In this document: positions 39,049 through 50,563 of the stretch, one piece after another
How positions within the stretch are numbered: the first letter of the stretch is position 1
How the letters are laid out: every line of letters starts with the position of its first letter
Assembly (NCBI GenBank): GCA_963807635.1
Contig: CAWEDJ010000102.1
Coordinates: 1-57,787, forward strand
Direction: 5' to 3'
Source of the DNA: an uncultured cyanobacterium
Lineage (GTDB): Bacteria; Cyanobacteriota; Cyanobacteriia; Cyanobacteriales; Microcystaceae
Length of the DNA: 57,787 bases
Notes under the pieces: generated by a model
Databases searched by the model: none
Seen by the model: only the letters and a program-made list of their open reading frames with translations
What the model was told of the DNA's origin: nothing
Translations under genes and position numbers: made by a program

Positions 39049-41649
39049 ATGTCGTTATCTGCTAGTTTTTCGGAAAAATTTCTTTATAAAATTATTAATC
39101 TGATTCAACAGGATTCTGCTTTTTCTGAGATTTTACAGGCGATCGCTGAACAAACCCGTAATTTTCTGGCGGTTGATCGCGTCAAAATCTATCAATTTAG
39201 CGAAGATGGCAGTGGTCAGGTGATTGCCGAATCGATTTTCAAGCATCGTTTACCCTCTCTTTTGGGATTACATTTTCCTGCCAGCGATATTCCTACCCAG
39301 ACAAGGGAAGAATGGTTGGCCAAACGTCAAAGTGTGATGATTGATGTTTCTACCCAACGAAAATCCTTCCATCAGAGCGATGGTTCTCAAGTTTCCCTCT
39401 CCGTTAATTCAGTCGATTTATCCCATTCCCGCTATATTCCTGTTGACCCTTGCCATATTCAATATCTTTTAGCGATGGGGGTGCTGTCTTCCGTGAGTCT
39501 TCCCATTTTTTACCAAGATGCTCTCTGGGGATTGATCGCCATTCATCACAGCCAACCCCGACGTTTTTCTGGGCAGGAATTAGAAAGTTTGGAATTACTC
39601 AGTCAGGAAGTGACCCTCGTGATCGCCCAATCTATCCTCACTGATCAAGTCCGACACCAGAGTTATCAAGAATCAATCCTGGCGCACATTAGTGACCTAC
39701 TGGGTCAATCTTCCCCCACCGCAGATATGTGGCAGCAGGTTTTACAAATCAGCCTGGAAAGCCTAAAAGCCGACGGAGCGCAACTTTATCTGGCGAAAGA
39801 TTTCACGGGGGGAACGTCTCAATTTTATCAAGTCGGTTTACAACCTGCGATCGCGTTTTTAGATTCCCATCCCCTCTGGAAAAGTTTGATTAAAGGAAAT
39901 TATCCCGAAAAATCATTAGAAATAGAAGATGACTCTGATCGATTAACACAAAAGTCGAACCGAGAAAACGCTTTTTTAGCCCATTATGCGATCGCCGATC
40001 CCCTTCTCGCTCCTCTTCGTCCAGCTTTTGCCGATTCTCCGATCCAATCCCTGCTGGTGATTCCTATTGGCCATTCTCAGTGGATGGGCTGCTTAATCCT
40101 TTTTCGTCAAGCTCAGGAATATCAAACCTCCTGGGCAGGCAAAAATGCTCAAGATCTCCGCAACACCTTCCCCAGACAGTCCTTTGAAGCTTGGATCGAA
40201 ATTCAACGTCAAGTCCCCCACTGGTGTTCCCAGGAGCTAAAACTCGGTCAGGCGATCGCAACCCATCTTTACACCATCCTCACCCAACAATTCCTCACCG
40301 CCCTGATTCATCATCAAGCCGCCTACGATTCCCTCACCCAATTACCGAACTGGATTATTTTCAATCAGCGTTTAACCCTGGCCCTGCTGGAGATGGTTCA
40401 TCTAGCCAAAATTGTCGGGGTACTGGTCATCTCCCTAGACCGATTTAAACGGGTCAATGAAAATTTAGGCCATGAAGCAGGAAACAGTCTCCTCAAACAG
40501 GTAGCCTCCCGTTTACAAAACACATTAGGATTTTATGCCTCCTATCATCCCCTCCTTTCCCGTTGGCACGGCGATGTTTTTATCTTATTGCTAACCAACT
40601 TGAACAACACAAGGGAACTAGAAGAGGTTAGCCAAAACCTACTGGACAGTTTTCAAGAACTGTTTCAGGTAGAAAATCAATCCCTCTACCTGACAGCGAG
40701 TATTGGCATTAGCCTGGCTCCCTACGATGGAGAAATTCCCAAATCTCTATTAAAATACGCCGAAGCCGCCCTAGCTCAAGCCAAATACCAAGGGAAGAAT
40801 ACCTATCAGTTTTATCATTCGCCGATGACCACCCAACCCATGAATCGATTTAGTTTGGAAACAAATCTACGTCGGGCCTTGGCACAGGATGAATTTTTAA
40901 TCTATTATCAACCCCAAATTAATCTCAAAAATGGTCAATTAGTGGGTTTAGAAGCTCTTTTGCGGTGGTATCATCCCCAATTGGGTCTGGTTTCTCCCAT
41001 TGATTTTATTCCTCTGGCGGAAGAAACGGGATTAATTATCGACATTGGCCGATGGGTGTTGAGGACGTCCTGTTCTGATTACCAAATTTGGCAAAACCAG
41101 CAAGATTTTCCCCTGATTCTCAGTGTCAATTTATCCATACGACAGTTCCAGCATCCTGGGTTAACCCAGGATATTTTTCAGATTATCGAAGAAACAGGGA
41201 TGAATCCCAACAAGTTGGAATTAGAAATCACCGAAAGTTGGATGATGCAAGATGTTCAAGGGGCGATCGCCATTTTAGAGCGATTAAATAAAACGGGAAT
41301 CAGAATTGCTATTGATGATTTTGGGACGGGTTATTCTTCCTTGGGTAAACTCAAATATTTGCCCATTAATACCCTTAAAATTGACAAGTCTTTTATTGAT
41401 GATTTGCTCCATCAAGGAACGAATCTGACGATTATTGAATGTATTATCAATTTAAGTAAGGGATTGAATCTCAACGTTATTGCAGAAGGAATAGAAACCC
41501 AAGAACAATTAGAAAAATTGCAGCTCCTGGGTTGTGATTTGGGTCAGGGCTATTGGATTAGTCCTCCGATTCCCTCCGATGAAATCATGACGTTTTTATC
41601 AAGGTATCAAAGGAAAACCCCCAAAAAGGCAGACTTTTGCCTACCTTAA
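39049..41649 (+). CDS. Cph2-like phytochrome: GAF-GAF-degenerate GGDEF-EAL
   Basis: DRVKIYQF, FPASDIP, VDPCHIQYL (bilin Cys), PRQSF, degenerate HGDVF, EALLRW, DDFGTGYSS. Confidence 0.87.
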   Translation: MSLSASFSEKFLYKIINLIQQDSAFSEILQAIAEQTRNFLAVDRVKIYQFSEDGSGQVIAESIFKHRLPSLLGLHFPASDIPTQTREEWLAKRQSVMIDVSTQRKSFHQSDGSQVSLSVNSVDLSHSRYIPVDPCHIQYLLAMGVLSSVSLPIFYQDALWGLIAIHHSQPRRFSGQELESLELLSQEVTLVIAQSILTDQVRHQSYQESILAHISDLLGQSSPTADMWQQVLQISLESLKADGAQLYLAKDFTGGTSQFYQVGLQPAIAFLDSHPLWKSLIKGNYPEKSLEIEDDSDRLTQKSNRENAFLAHYAIADPLLAPLRPAFADSPIQSLLVIPIGHSQWMGCLILFRQAQEYQTSWAGKNAQDLRNTFPRQSFEAWIEIQRQVPHWCSQELKLGQAIATHLYTILTQQFLTALIHHQAAYDSLTQLPNWIIFNQRLTLALLEMVHLAKIVGVLVISLDRFKRVNENLGHEAGNSLLKQVASRLQNTLGFYASYHPLLSRWHGDVFILLLTNLNNTRELEEVSQNLLDSFQELFQVENQSLYLTASIGISLAPYDGEIPKSLLKYAEAALAQAKYQGKNTYQFYHSPMTTQPMNRFSLETNLRRALAQDEFLIYYQPQINLKNGQLVGLEALLRWYHPQLGLVSPIDFIPLAEETGLIIDIGRWVLRTSCSDYQIWQNQQDFPLILSVNLSIRQFQHPGLTQDIFQIIEETGMNPNKLELEITESWMMQDVQGAIAILERLNKTGIRIAIDDFGTGYSSLGKLKYLPINTLKIDKSFIDDLLHQGTNLTIIECIINLSKGLNLNVIAEGIETQEQLEKLQLLGCDLGQGYWISPPIPSDEIMTFLSRYQRKTPKKADFCLP

Positions 41650-41655
41650 AACGCT

Positions 41656-44277
41656 TTAACCCACAGGATTATGTTTTTGAATATGGGCGATCGCGCGGCT
41701 GACACTTTCAGGGAAAATCACCACCAATCCCCCTGGTTCCACTTGAGTTAAGGCCGTTTCTAGGGCTTCCGTTTCATTTAAAATAATCTCGGTTGGAACA
41801 TTGGCATTAGCTTGCATAACCCCTTTCAGGATAAAATCTGCCGCACTTCCCGATTCCCGACCCCGTTTATCATCATCTTCTTTGATAATAATGCGGTCAA
41901 AAACGCGAGAGGCAATTTCGCCTAATTCCATCAGATCCTCATCTCGGCAATCACCAGGCCCACCAATAACCCCTAAACGTTGACCCTTCCAGTTACCGAC
42001 AAAACCACCGATCGCTTCATAGCTGGCAGGATTATGGGCATAATCAACTAAAGCATGATGAGTCCCCAAATTAAAGAGATTCATCCGTCCAGGCGTTTGA
42101 TCTGCTGATAAGACGAACGTTCTGAGACCTTGACGAATTAACTCAATATCAACCCCATTGACAAAAGCCGCCAGAGAAGCCGCCAAGGCATTAGCAATCA
42201 TAAAAGGAGCCATCCCTCCCATCGTCCCAGGCACATTGATCGCCTGTTCAATCCGTAGTGTCCACTTACCTTCTAGGATTGAAAGATAACCATCCTCATA
42301 AACCGCCGCCAGACCATCTCGACGCATCTGATTGAGAATAATCGGATTTTCAGGATTCATGGAGAAATAGGCAACTTTTGCTTTAACGTTCTCCGCCATC
42401 GCGGCCACCAACGGATCATCCGCATTAAGGATCGCATAACCCTGGGCACTGACGACTTCTGCGACAACAGCTTTAACCTTGGCCATCTGCTCAATGGTGT
42501 TGATATCTCCTAAGCCAAGATGATCGGCGGCGACATTTAAAACCACGCCCACATCACAGGAATCAAAGGCTAATCCAGAGCGTAAAATCCCTCCCCTGGC
42601 GGTTTCTAGGACAGCCACTTCAACGGTAGGATCTTTTAAAATAACGCTGGCACTGTAGGGGCCTGTATTATCGCCTTTTTCGACTAGATATTCATTAATA
42701 TAAATGGCATCGGTGGTGGTGTAACCAACGTTTTTTCCTGTTTGTCGGTAAATATGAGCCAATAAACGAGTAGTCGTTGTTTTTCCATTGGTTCCTGTTA
42801 CTGCCAAAATAGGAATTCGAGAAGGCTTTCCAGGGGGGAAAAGCATATCTAAGACAGGAGCGGCTACGTTGCGGGGCAACCCCCGACTGGGAGCAACGTG
42901 CATCCGAAACCCAGGAGCCGCATTGACTTCAACGATGACACCATCGACTTCTCGGAGGGGTTTGGTAATATCGGGGGAGACGACATCAATCCCCGCAATG
43001 TCTAGTCCAATCACCTTAGCGACCCTTTCCATTAACCAAATATTTTCGGGATGAATGTCATCGGTGCGATCAACGGCAACGCCTCCCGTACTGAGATTGG
43101 CTGTTGCTCTGAGATAGGCAATATTCCCTTCTGCTAAAACGCTATCGAGTTTGTAACCTTGACGGGCTAGGACATCTAGGGCAGTCTTATCTAGGGTTAT
43201 TTTGGTCAGGACATTGGCGTGTCCGTCTCCCCGTTTAGGGTCTTGGTTAGTAATTTTGATCAGTTCTTCAATGGTATTATGTCCATCCCCAATCACATGG
43301 GCGGGAATTCTTTCGGCAACGGCGACGAGTTTACCGTTAATCACCAAAATGCGGTGGTCGGTTCCTCGGTAGAATCTTTCAACGATAATGGAACGACTTT
43401 TAGATTCTTTGGCGGCAAAATCGTAGGCTTCAACGGCATGATCCCAATCGTTGATATCAATGGTAATGCCCCGACCATGATTACCGTCTAGGGGTTTTAT
43501 GACGATGGGATAACCCCCTACATCGGCGATCGCATCTTCTAGGTCATCAAAATACTGAATGGTTGTCCCACGAGGCACGGGAATTCCCGAATCCCGCAAA
43601 ATGGTTTTGGTTCCTTCCTTATCGCAGGCAAGCTCAACACCCAAAATTCCTGAATTAGAACTCAGGGTTGCTTGAATCCGTTGTTGGTGAACCCCGTGAC
43701 CGAGTTGCACCATTGACCGCGCACTCAATAGCATCCAGGGAATCTTACGAGCATCGGCTTCTGTGACAATGGTTTCCGTACTGGGGCCGAGGGAGGAACT
43801 GGCGTGTAAATCTCGTAAATCAGCTAAATCTCGTTCTAATTCTTCTAGGGGGTAGGTTCCCGTATCCACAATGGATTGACACAATCTGACGGCGGATCGG
43901 CCTGCGTAGCGTCCTGCTTGCTCTTCTACATAATCATAAACAACGTTATAAACGCCAGGGGTCGCCGTCTCACGGGTACGACCAAAACCTGCGGTCATTC
44001 CTGCCAATTCCTGAAGTTCTAGGGCAATGTGTTCAATAATATGGCCCATGTAGGTTCCTTCTTTCACCCGTTCTAGAAAGCCGCCCCGATGACCAGGAGA
44101 ACAAAAATGTTCAATTAAACTGGGCAGAACACCGACTAAACCTTCGTAAAACCCAGGAATCTCATTGGAGGGTCTCTCGGCAAAATCCTCTAGGTCGAGA
44201 CGCATAACAATCAGTTTTTTGTATCGAATACTCCAATAATTGGGGCCACGTAACGTGAGGGTTTTCAGAATTTTCAT
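41656..44277 (-). CDS. cphA: Cyanophycin synthetase
   Basis: LRGPNYWS, EGTYMGHIIEH, ATP-grasp KPLDGNHGRG, Mur-like TGTNGKTT, DYAHN. Confidence 0.97.
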   Translation of the reverse strand: MKILKTLTLRGPNYWSIRYKKLIVMRLDLEDFAERPSNEIPGFYEGLVGVLPSLIEHFCSPGHRGGFLERVKEGTYMGHIIEHIALELQELAGMTAGFGRTRETATPGVYNVVYDYVEEQAGRYAGRSAVRLCQSIVDTGTYPLEELERDLADLRDLHASSSLGPSTETIVTEADARKIPWMLLSARSMVQLGHGVHQQRIQATLSSNSGILGVELACDKEGTKTILRDSGIPVPRGTTIQYFDDLEDAIADVGGYPIVIKPLDGNHGRGITIDINDWDHAVEAYDFAAKESKSRSIIVERFYRGTDHRILVINGKLVAVAERIPAHVIGDGHNTIEELIKITNQDPKRGDGHANVLTKITLDKTALDVLARQGYKLDSVLAEGNIAYLRATANLSTGGVAVDRTDDIHPENIWLMERVAKVIGLDIAGIDVVSPDITKPLREVDGVIVEVNAAPGFRMHVAPSRGLPRNVAAPVLDMLFPPGKPSRIPILAVTGTNGKTTTTRLLAHIYRQTGKNVGYTTTDAIYINEYLVEKGDNTGPYSASVILKDPTVEVAVLETARGGILRSGLAFDSCDVGVVLNVAADHLGLGDINTIEQMAKVKAVVAEVVSAQGYAILNADDPLVAAMAENVKAKVAYFSMNPENPIILNQMRRDGLAAVYEDGYLSILEGKWTLRIEQAINVPGTMGGMAPFMIANALAASLAAFVNGVDIELIRQGLRTFVLSADQTPGRMNLFNLGTHHALVDYAHNPASYEAIGGFVGNWKGQRLGVIGGPGDCRDEDLMELGEIASRVFDRIIIKEDDDKRGRESGSAADFILKGVMQANANVPTEIILNETEALETALTQVEPGGLVVIFPESVSRAIAHIQKHNPVG

Positions 44278-44404
44278 GATTGCTATTAGCTTTAGATCCG
44301 CGTTGAGAAGCTCAGAATGGCACTAGTTATTGTCTATTGTGCGGTTGACACGAAACTGTTTATGGTGAACAATTTGGTTTTAGTTTTTTTAGTGCATTAG
44401 TCCT

Positions 44405-45272
44405 TTAGACCATCTTTTGGCTGGTCTTGGCGATCGCGATATTTTTATGGATATGATAGCCATCGCCGTGGGACAAAATATGGAGACGAAGATTGTGCAA
44501 GCTCAGGGGAGAATTCGGTTCAGAATCCGCCGCATTGGTATAGGTTAATTCCCTGGCATCAACAATGGTGACAGTTCCCTGACCGATAACCTGAATAAGG
44601 CCATCCTGTTCAAACAGGGCGCAGGTGTCTTCATCAATGCCGATCGCCAATCTTTCCGTATGACCCGCAAAAGCACTCAATAGGCGAGCCATGCGGTTCC
44701 GATTATGAAAGTGTTGATCGACAATAATTTCAGGAAAAATGCCGAGTCCCATCGCCATGTCAACTAAAGCACGGTTTGGCCATTCTCCACTACTCCCCCC
44801 CGCAATCATGTGATGTCCCATGACTGCCGCTCCTGCACTGGTTCCTGCGAGACTAATTTCTCCTTTTTTCGTCCGTTGACGAATGCGTTCCATCAGGGGA
44901 GTATCTGCCAGCAGTCCACACAGTCGCAGTTGATCGCCCCCCGTCATAAAAATTCCCGTACACTCTTCAATAATTGCTTGAAAATCAGGATCGGAACCCT
45001 GAACGCGATCGCGAATATCCAGAATATCGATGGCCTTTCGCTCCCATTTCTGCAAAAATCTGCTCATAACGCTGACCAATCAGGGCAGGTTCCCGTGAAG
45101 CGGAAGGAACGATCGCAATCACCGCATCAGTACCGCCCGATCGACTCCAAAAAGTGTGAAGAATTTCGCGGCCATGGACTTTATCTTCCGCGCCGCCAAT
45201 AATCATGACAGCCGTTTTGGTGGATGAAGGCATAGGATTCTCAGAAGATTGGGTCTCGATTTGCAACATCAT
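44405..45272 (-). CDS. cphB: Cyanophycinase (frameshift near 45040)
   Basis: IIGGAEDK, TGGDQLRL, GTSAG, DQHFHNRNRMARL, GIDEDT. Upstream of cphA. Confidence 0.93.
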
Positions 45273-45493
45273 AGATCGGGAATGAGGCTAAAAGGAAGTA
45301 GGAATTAAAAACAGCAGATCGACTATAGCTCAAGGATGACGCTAAGACTTGTTTATTATTGCATGATACCTTTAAGGTAGGATCGGTGCTTGTCAGAAAA
45401 ACTGTCTAGAATTCATCATTTTCTAAGATGCCTAAAACAGTTTTGTTGAAACATAAAAATACCATTTAAACCTTCAATTCGTCAAAAATTTCT

Positions 45494-46175
45494 GTGCAAA
45501 TCGATATTATCACTCTCTTTCCCGATTTTTTTACCTCTCCTCTCCAGTCAGGTTTGCTCGGAAAGGCTTTGTCTAAGGCGATCGCTTCCGTCAGTCTAAC
45601 AAATCCCAGGGATTTCACCACCGATAAACATCACCGCGTAGATGACGAATCCTATGGCGGCGGCGTGGGCATGGTACTCAAGCCCGAACCTATTTTTGCG
45701 GCTGTGGAATCCTTAGAGCTTTCCCGAAACGAGAAATTATTTTATTAACGCCCCAGGGTGAGCCGCTCAATCAGCCTTTATTGCAAGAACTCGTCACCTA
45801 CGACCAGTTAATTCTCATTTGTGGTCACTATGAAGGGATTGATGAACGGGTTAGTCATTTGATTACGCGGGAAGTTTCCTGGGAGATTTTGTGTTGACCT
45901 GTGGAGAAATTCCTGCCTTAGCGTTGGTGAATGGCGTAGTGCGTTTATTACCTGGCACTGTGGGCAAAGAAGAGTCTTTAAAATTAGAAAGTTTTGAAAC
46001 TGAGTTATTAGATTATCCCCATTACACCCGTCCTGCGGTTTTTCGGGGTTGGGAAGTGCCTGCTGTTTTACGTTCGGGTAATCATCAGGCGATCGCCGCA
46101 ATGGCGAGAAGAACAACAAAAAGAAAGAACTCAAAAACGGCGGCCCGATCTTTGGGAAAAATGGTTAAAGAGTAA
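45494..46175 (+). CDS. trmD: tRNA (guanine37-N1)-methyltransferase (several frameshifts)
   Basis: [29 protein letters not shown] (other frame), [14 protein letters not shown]. Confidence 0.92.
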
Positions 46176-46224
46176 AAATTTTCTTTAACCCTTTCATCAA
46201 TTAAATGATGTTTAATCCTTTCTC

Positions 46225-47229
46225 TTACAAGTCTGGATTTAATTTGTACTCAATTAAAGAGCTTGTTTTTCCCCGCCAAGTATTCCAGTAATAACTTATT
46301 TGTCCTTGTAACTGGGGAAACCGTCCTAACATACAAAAAAACGCATAGGTAAAGGAATTAGAAACACTAAAAGACCGACGACGCTGATTTTGATAGATTT
46401 TGAAGGTCATTGCTCCGTATCCTGTGAGTAACAATAAACTCCAACCATGAGTCGGCCAGATCCCCCCTATGGCGATCGCGGGAATTATAAATGCCCAAAG
46501 CCAAATATTAAAACCCTGTTTTCGTTCAAAGAGCTTGGGAACATCCCTATGTAGTGCCGCAAAAGACGCAAACGCATAACCCGATCGCATTGTCCGTTTC
46601 CACCATTGACTAAAACGGGTCATATCGGCATCATGGAGAGTCATTTCCGCATCTAGACGATAAATTTTCCAGTGTTGCTTGCGTAATCGTTGACAAAGTT
46701 CGGGTTCTTCTCCTGCAATCAAATTTGGGTTAAATCCTCCGACTTGCTCTAGGGCTTTCACTCGCATCATGGAATCTCCGCCACAGGCATTGGCTTCTCC
46801 GATGGGCGTATTCCATTCCAGGTCACAGAGGTAGTTATAAAGGGTTTTTTCGGGAAAACGTTCTCGGCGACGACCGCAGACTACGGCGAAAGCGGGATTC
46901 TCGATCAGAAATTGTTCGGCTTTTCCTAACCAATTTTCGACAATTTCACAATCTCCATCGACAAATTGCACGTATTCTAGTCGGGGATTTAAGGCTTTGA
47001 GCAGGGTGAATCCTTCATTTCTTGCTCTAGCGGCGGTGAAGGGAATGGTCATGTCTAATTCGACGACGGGTAATCCCAGCGATCGCGCCAGATCCACGCT
47101 TTCATCAGTGGAGCCAGAGTCCACATAAACCATTTGGGAAGGGTCGAGTTGTTTGATGGCAGATAACAGACATTGACGGAGGCGATCACCTTCATTGCGA
47201 CCAATAATGACCAAACCAGTTGTATTCAT
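46225..47229 (-). CDS. Family 2 glycosyltransferase
   Basis: IIGRNEG, VDSGSTD, AARARNEG, FVDGD, AGEEPELC, C-terminal TMs. Confidence 0.9.
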   Translation of the reverse strand: MNTTGLVIIGRNEGDRLRQCLLSAIKQLDPSQMVYVDSGSTDESVDLARSLGLPVVELDMTIPFTAARARNEGFTLLKALNPRLEYVQFVDGDCEIVENWLGKAEQFLIENPAFAVVCGRRRERFPEKTLYNYLCDLEWNTPIGEANACGGDSMMRVKALEQVGGFNPNLIAGEEPELCQRLRKQHWKIYRLDAEMTLHDADMTRFSQWWKRTMRSGYAFASFAALHRDVPKLFERKQGFNIWLWAFIIPAIAIGGIWPTHGWSLLLLTGYGAMTFKIYQNQRRRSFSVSNSFTYAFFCMLGRFPQLQGQISYYWNTWRGKTSSLIEYKLNPDL

Positions 47230-47282
47230 GGGTTTTACTCAAGGGAGATTAATGCCGAAATTTTAACCTTAAATATTCCTAA

Positions 47283-48182
47283 TTATCGGAGACTTTCGGC
47301 GATTTTTCGGATTAGATATAAGCCCGCAACCGAGTTTCCTTGGGGATCTAGGGGGGGGCTATAAATGGCGATCGCGCCTTGTTCGGGAATGAGGGACAAA
47401 AACACCCCACTGACCCCTGATTTTGTCGGTAAACCAATCTCCTGGGCAAATTGGGCCGAGGCTTCGTAGAGTCCACAACTGCTCATTAAGGCTTGCACCT
47501 GTTGACAATCTTCTTTTTTTAGAGGGGGACGCGATCGCACCAAAAGCATTCCTAATTCAGCCAGATCTTCAATATTTCCTGCTAGACAACAAATTTGATT
47601 GTAGTTATCCAGGGCTTGCTCAGGATTATTCAAATGCCCATGATTCACCATTTCTCTGACTAAAGCTTGATTGCGTTCATTGGGTCGGGATTGTACCGAA
47701 GCCAACATTTCTTCGTCTAGAAATAATTGACAATTCCCCTGTTGATTGAGCCAATCTCGTAATCCTAAACAGCGATCGCAAGGAGTATTTCCAGGCAACA
47801 AACCTGCTAACCGAATTGCCCCGCTATTAATCATGGGATTACGAGGAAAACCCTGGTCTAATTGTAACTGAATCAAAGAATTAAAGGGATAATCAGACGG
47901 TTCTTTTCCTACATATCCAAAAACCCATTCCTGACCCTGTTGGGATAAAAGATACAGTAGTAAAAAAGGTTTAATGACACTCATTAATGGAAACGTTTTT
48001 AACAGATTACCACTACTAAAAACTTCTCCGTCTAACCGAGTCACTAATAGGGCATAATTATTGGGATTTTCATGACTAAGAAGTGGAATATAACGTGGTA
48101 AATTTCCTTTTTTAGCTTCAGCGATCGCTTGATTGATCCATGCTTGCCACTGCACGCGATCAACTTGCTTGAGTACTTTCAT
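47283..48182 (-). CDS. glsA: Glutaminase
   Basis: MSVIKP, EPS..FNS, NPMINSGAI, CGLYE, KSGVSG, SPPLD..GNS. Confidence 0.92.
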   Translation of the reverse strand: MKVLKQVDRVQWQAWINQAIAEAKKGNLPRYIPLLSHENPNNYALLVTRLDGEVFSSGNLLKTFPLMSVIKPFLLLYLLSQQGQEWVFGYVGKEPSDYPFNSLIQLQLDQGFPRNPMINSGAIRLAGLLPGNTPCDRCLGLRDWLNQQGNCQLFLDEEMLASVQSRPNERNQALVREMVNHGHLNNPEQALDNYNQICCLAGNIEDLAELGMLLVRSRPPLKKEDCQQVQALMSSCGLYEASAQFAQEIGLPTKSGVSGVFLSLIPEQGAIAIYSPPLDPQGNSVAGLYLIRKIAESLR

Positions 48183-48247
48183 TTTATAAGTTTAAATTAA
48201 ATTAAATAAAAAATTGATTTATAATAGAATTAAAGTATGATAAATAA

Positions 48248-48797
48248 TTAAAAATTAATCTGTTTCAAAATTAACATTTCGATATTTTCAGGCGTATCTT
48301 CTGCCGATAGGGTAATCAGCTTTTTTTGCCTGTATAATAATCTAAAAGGAGTGCAATTTTTTCTTGAAAACTGTCAATCCGTTTTTGAATAACGTCAGGT
48401 TGATCATCGACTAGAGAGCGACTTAAGGAACGTTCTATCATAACTTTTTCCTCAATCTTTAAATAGATGACACAGGTAAGGGGTTGTTGTAAATCTTCTA
48501 ATAAAAAATCTAATTCTTCGGCTTGAAAGGCTGTGCGGGGATAGCCTTCCAAAATCCAGCCCCGTTTCATATCAGGTTGCACCAAACGCGATCGCATAAA
48601 ATTAATCATCATCGGATCAGGCAAAAGTTCTCCCCTATTCAAATAGGGTTCTGCTTCTTTTCCCAAAGGATTTTGAGACGCGATCGCTTGCCGTAGAATG
48701 TTTCCCGTAGAAATGCCAGGCACTTGAAGACGCTGACTAAGCCGATGGGACTGGGTTCCCTTACCTGCACCTGCCCACCGAGAAGAACTAACCGCAT
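48248..48797 (-). CDS. adk: Adenylate kinase family protein (frameshifts near both ends)
   Basis: MRLVLL..AGAGKGTQ, ISTGNILR, EGYPRT..QA. Confidence 0.85.
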
Positions 48798-49007
48798 AGT
48801 AATTGATTGCTCCTAAATTGAGATCAATTATAAAGTTAAAGCGGATTTAAGGTTTTTTTTGCGTCAAATTCATAACACATTTGTCTGACATCCTATATTA
48901 TCGCATCGGAAAAAATCTATGAATTTATCAGCCTTTGCGAGCAAAGAATAGTACAAAATCAACAATGATAGTATATTACTAAGCTGAAGATTAAAGGAGA
49001 ACCAATC

Positions 49008-49601
49008 ATTTATACGCCCCCTCTAGCCCGTCTGATCGAACAACTACAACGTTTACCTGGTGTGGGGCGAAAGTCGGCACAACGCCTGGCATTGCATATC
49101 TTGAAACGTTCTGAAAGCGAAGTCCAAACCCTGGCCCAGTCTATCTTGGATGCTAAAAAACAAGTTGGTCTATGTAAAGAATGCTTTCATCTCTCGGCCA
49201 CTCCCGTCTGTGAAATTTGTCGCAATCCTAACCGAAATAAAAATATTCTCTGTGTAGTGCAAGATTCGCGGGATGTAATTGCCTTGGAAAAAACGCGGGA
49301 ATATGGGGGAAAATATCATGTTTTGGGGGGAGTGATTTCTCCGATGGATGGTATCGGCCCAGAACAACTCAATATTCAATCCCTTGTTAAGCGAGTCAGT
49401 CAGGAAGGAATCAAAGAAGTCATTTTAGCCATCAGTCCCAGTGTGGAAGGGGAAACCACCACGCTTTATGTCGGACAATTACTAAAACCCTTTACCAAGG
49501 TAACGCGCATTGCTTTTGGTTTACCGATGGGGGGAGATTTGGAATACGCCGACGAAGTGACCCTCGCAAGGGCCTTAGAAGGCAGACGAGAATTGGATTA
49601 A
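49008..49601 (+). CDS. recR: Recombination mediator RecR
   Basis: [28 protein letters not shown]4 zinc finger, [20 protein letters not shown]. Frame extends upstream to ATT at 49008. Confidence 0.95.
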   Translation: MYTPPLARLIEQLQRLPGVGRKSAQRLALHILKRSESEVQTLAQSILDAKKQVGLCKECFHLSATPVCEICRNPNRNKNILCVVQDSRDVIALEKTREYGGKYHVLGGVISPMDGIGPEQLNIQSLVKRVSQEGIKEVILAISPSVEGETTTLYVGQLLKPFTKVTRIAFGLPMGGDLEYADEVTLARALEGRRELD

Positions 49602-49635
49602 TCAAGTTAGTTTCCTGTAATTGACTTTACGATCG

Positions 49636-50466
49636 CTAACCAGGAGAAAAATACCGTTCTAAAAAGTCCAGAGCGTGATTTCTCAGGTCATAATATTCTT
49701 GGGTTTCTCGCATAGCGTGGCGATCGCGGGGATGGGCAAAGGGAACCATTAAAATTTCGCCGATAGTAGCCTTGGGGCCATTGGTCATCAAAACAATACG
49801 ATCAGACATATAAATCGCTTCATCCACATCATGGGTAATCATCATCACCGCCTGTCGATGACTTTCCCAAATTTTTAAAACTTCCTGTTGTAACTTTTGT
49901 TTTGTTAAGGCATCTAAAGCACCAAACGGTTCATCCATTAATAACATTTTTGGACGAGTTGCCAAAGCACGAGCAATACCGACCCGTTGTTTCATTCCGC
50001 CTGAAATTTCATCGGGATATTTATCGGCGGCGGCGGTTAAATTAACCATCGCCAAATGTTCATTAACAATACTAATTTTTTCAGCACGACTAGCATTTTT
50101 TAGCACTTCATCAACGGCTAAACGAATATTTTCTCTGACGGTTAACCAGGGTAATAAGGAATAATTTTGGAAAACCATCATGCGTTCTGCCCCAGGTTTA
50201 CGAATCAACCTTCCTTCGAGCGTAACGTTACCAGAGGAAGCTTTTTCTAAGCCCGCAATAATTTTTAAAAGAGTAGATTTTCCGCAACCAGAATGACCAA
50301 TAACCGAGATATATTCTTCTGCTCCTATGGTCAAATTAACACCATTAAGAACCACTGATTCACCCCCATCTTTTTTGGGATAGGATTTAATCAGATTTTC
50401 AACGACTAAAAATTCCTGGGTAAGATTAGGCACAATAGCGGGGGTGAGGGAGTTAGATTGAGTCAT
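49636..50466 (-). CDS. NrtD/CmpD-like ABC transporter ATP-binding protein
   Basis: GHSGCGKST, ISGGMKQR, LLMDEPFGALD. Confidence 0.9.
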   Translation of the reverse strand: MTQSNSLTPAIVPNLTQEFLVVENLIKSYPKKDGGESVVLNGVNLTIGAEEYISVIGHSGCGKSTLLKIIAGLEKASSGNVTLEGRLIRKPGAERMMVFQNYSLLPWLTVRENIRLAVDEVLKNASRAEKISIVNEHLAMVNLTAAADKYPDEISGGMKQRVGIARALATRPKMLLMDEPFGALDALTKQKLQQEVLKIWESHRQAVMMITHDVDEAIYMSDRIVLMTNGPKATIGEILMVPFAHPRDRHAMRETQEYYDLRNHALDFLERYFSPG

Positions 50467-50534
50467 TGTTTTAATTGATAATTGACAGTTAATAATTAAG
50501 AAAGGTTGTTTATTTTAAAACTTCTAGTTTTGCC

Positions 50535-50557
50535 GTAGGGGCGTATTGCGATCGCCC
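50535..50557 (+). repeat. GTAG-type REP palindrome
   Basis: GTAGGGGCG-N9-CGCCC, same family as 9276. Confidence 0.5.
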
Positions 50558-50563
50558 ATAAAT

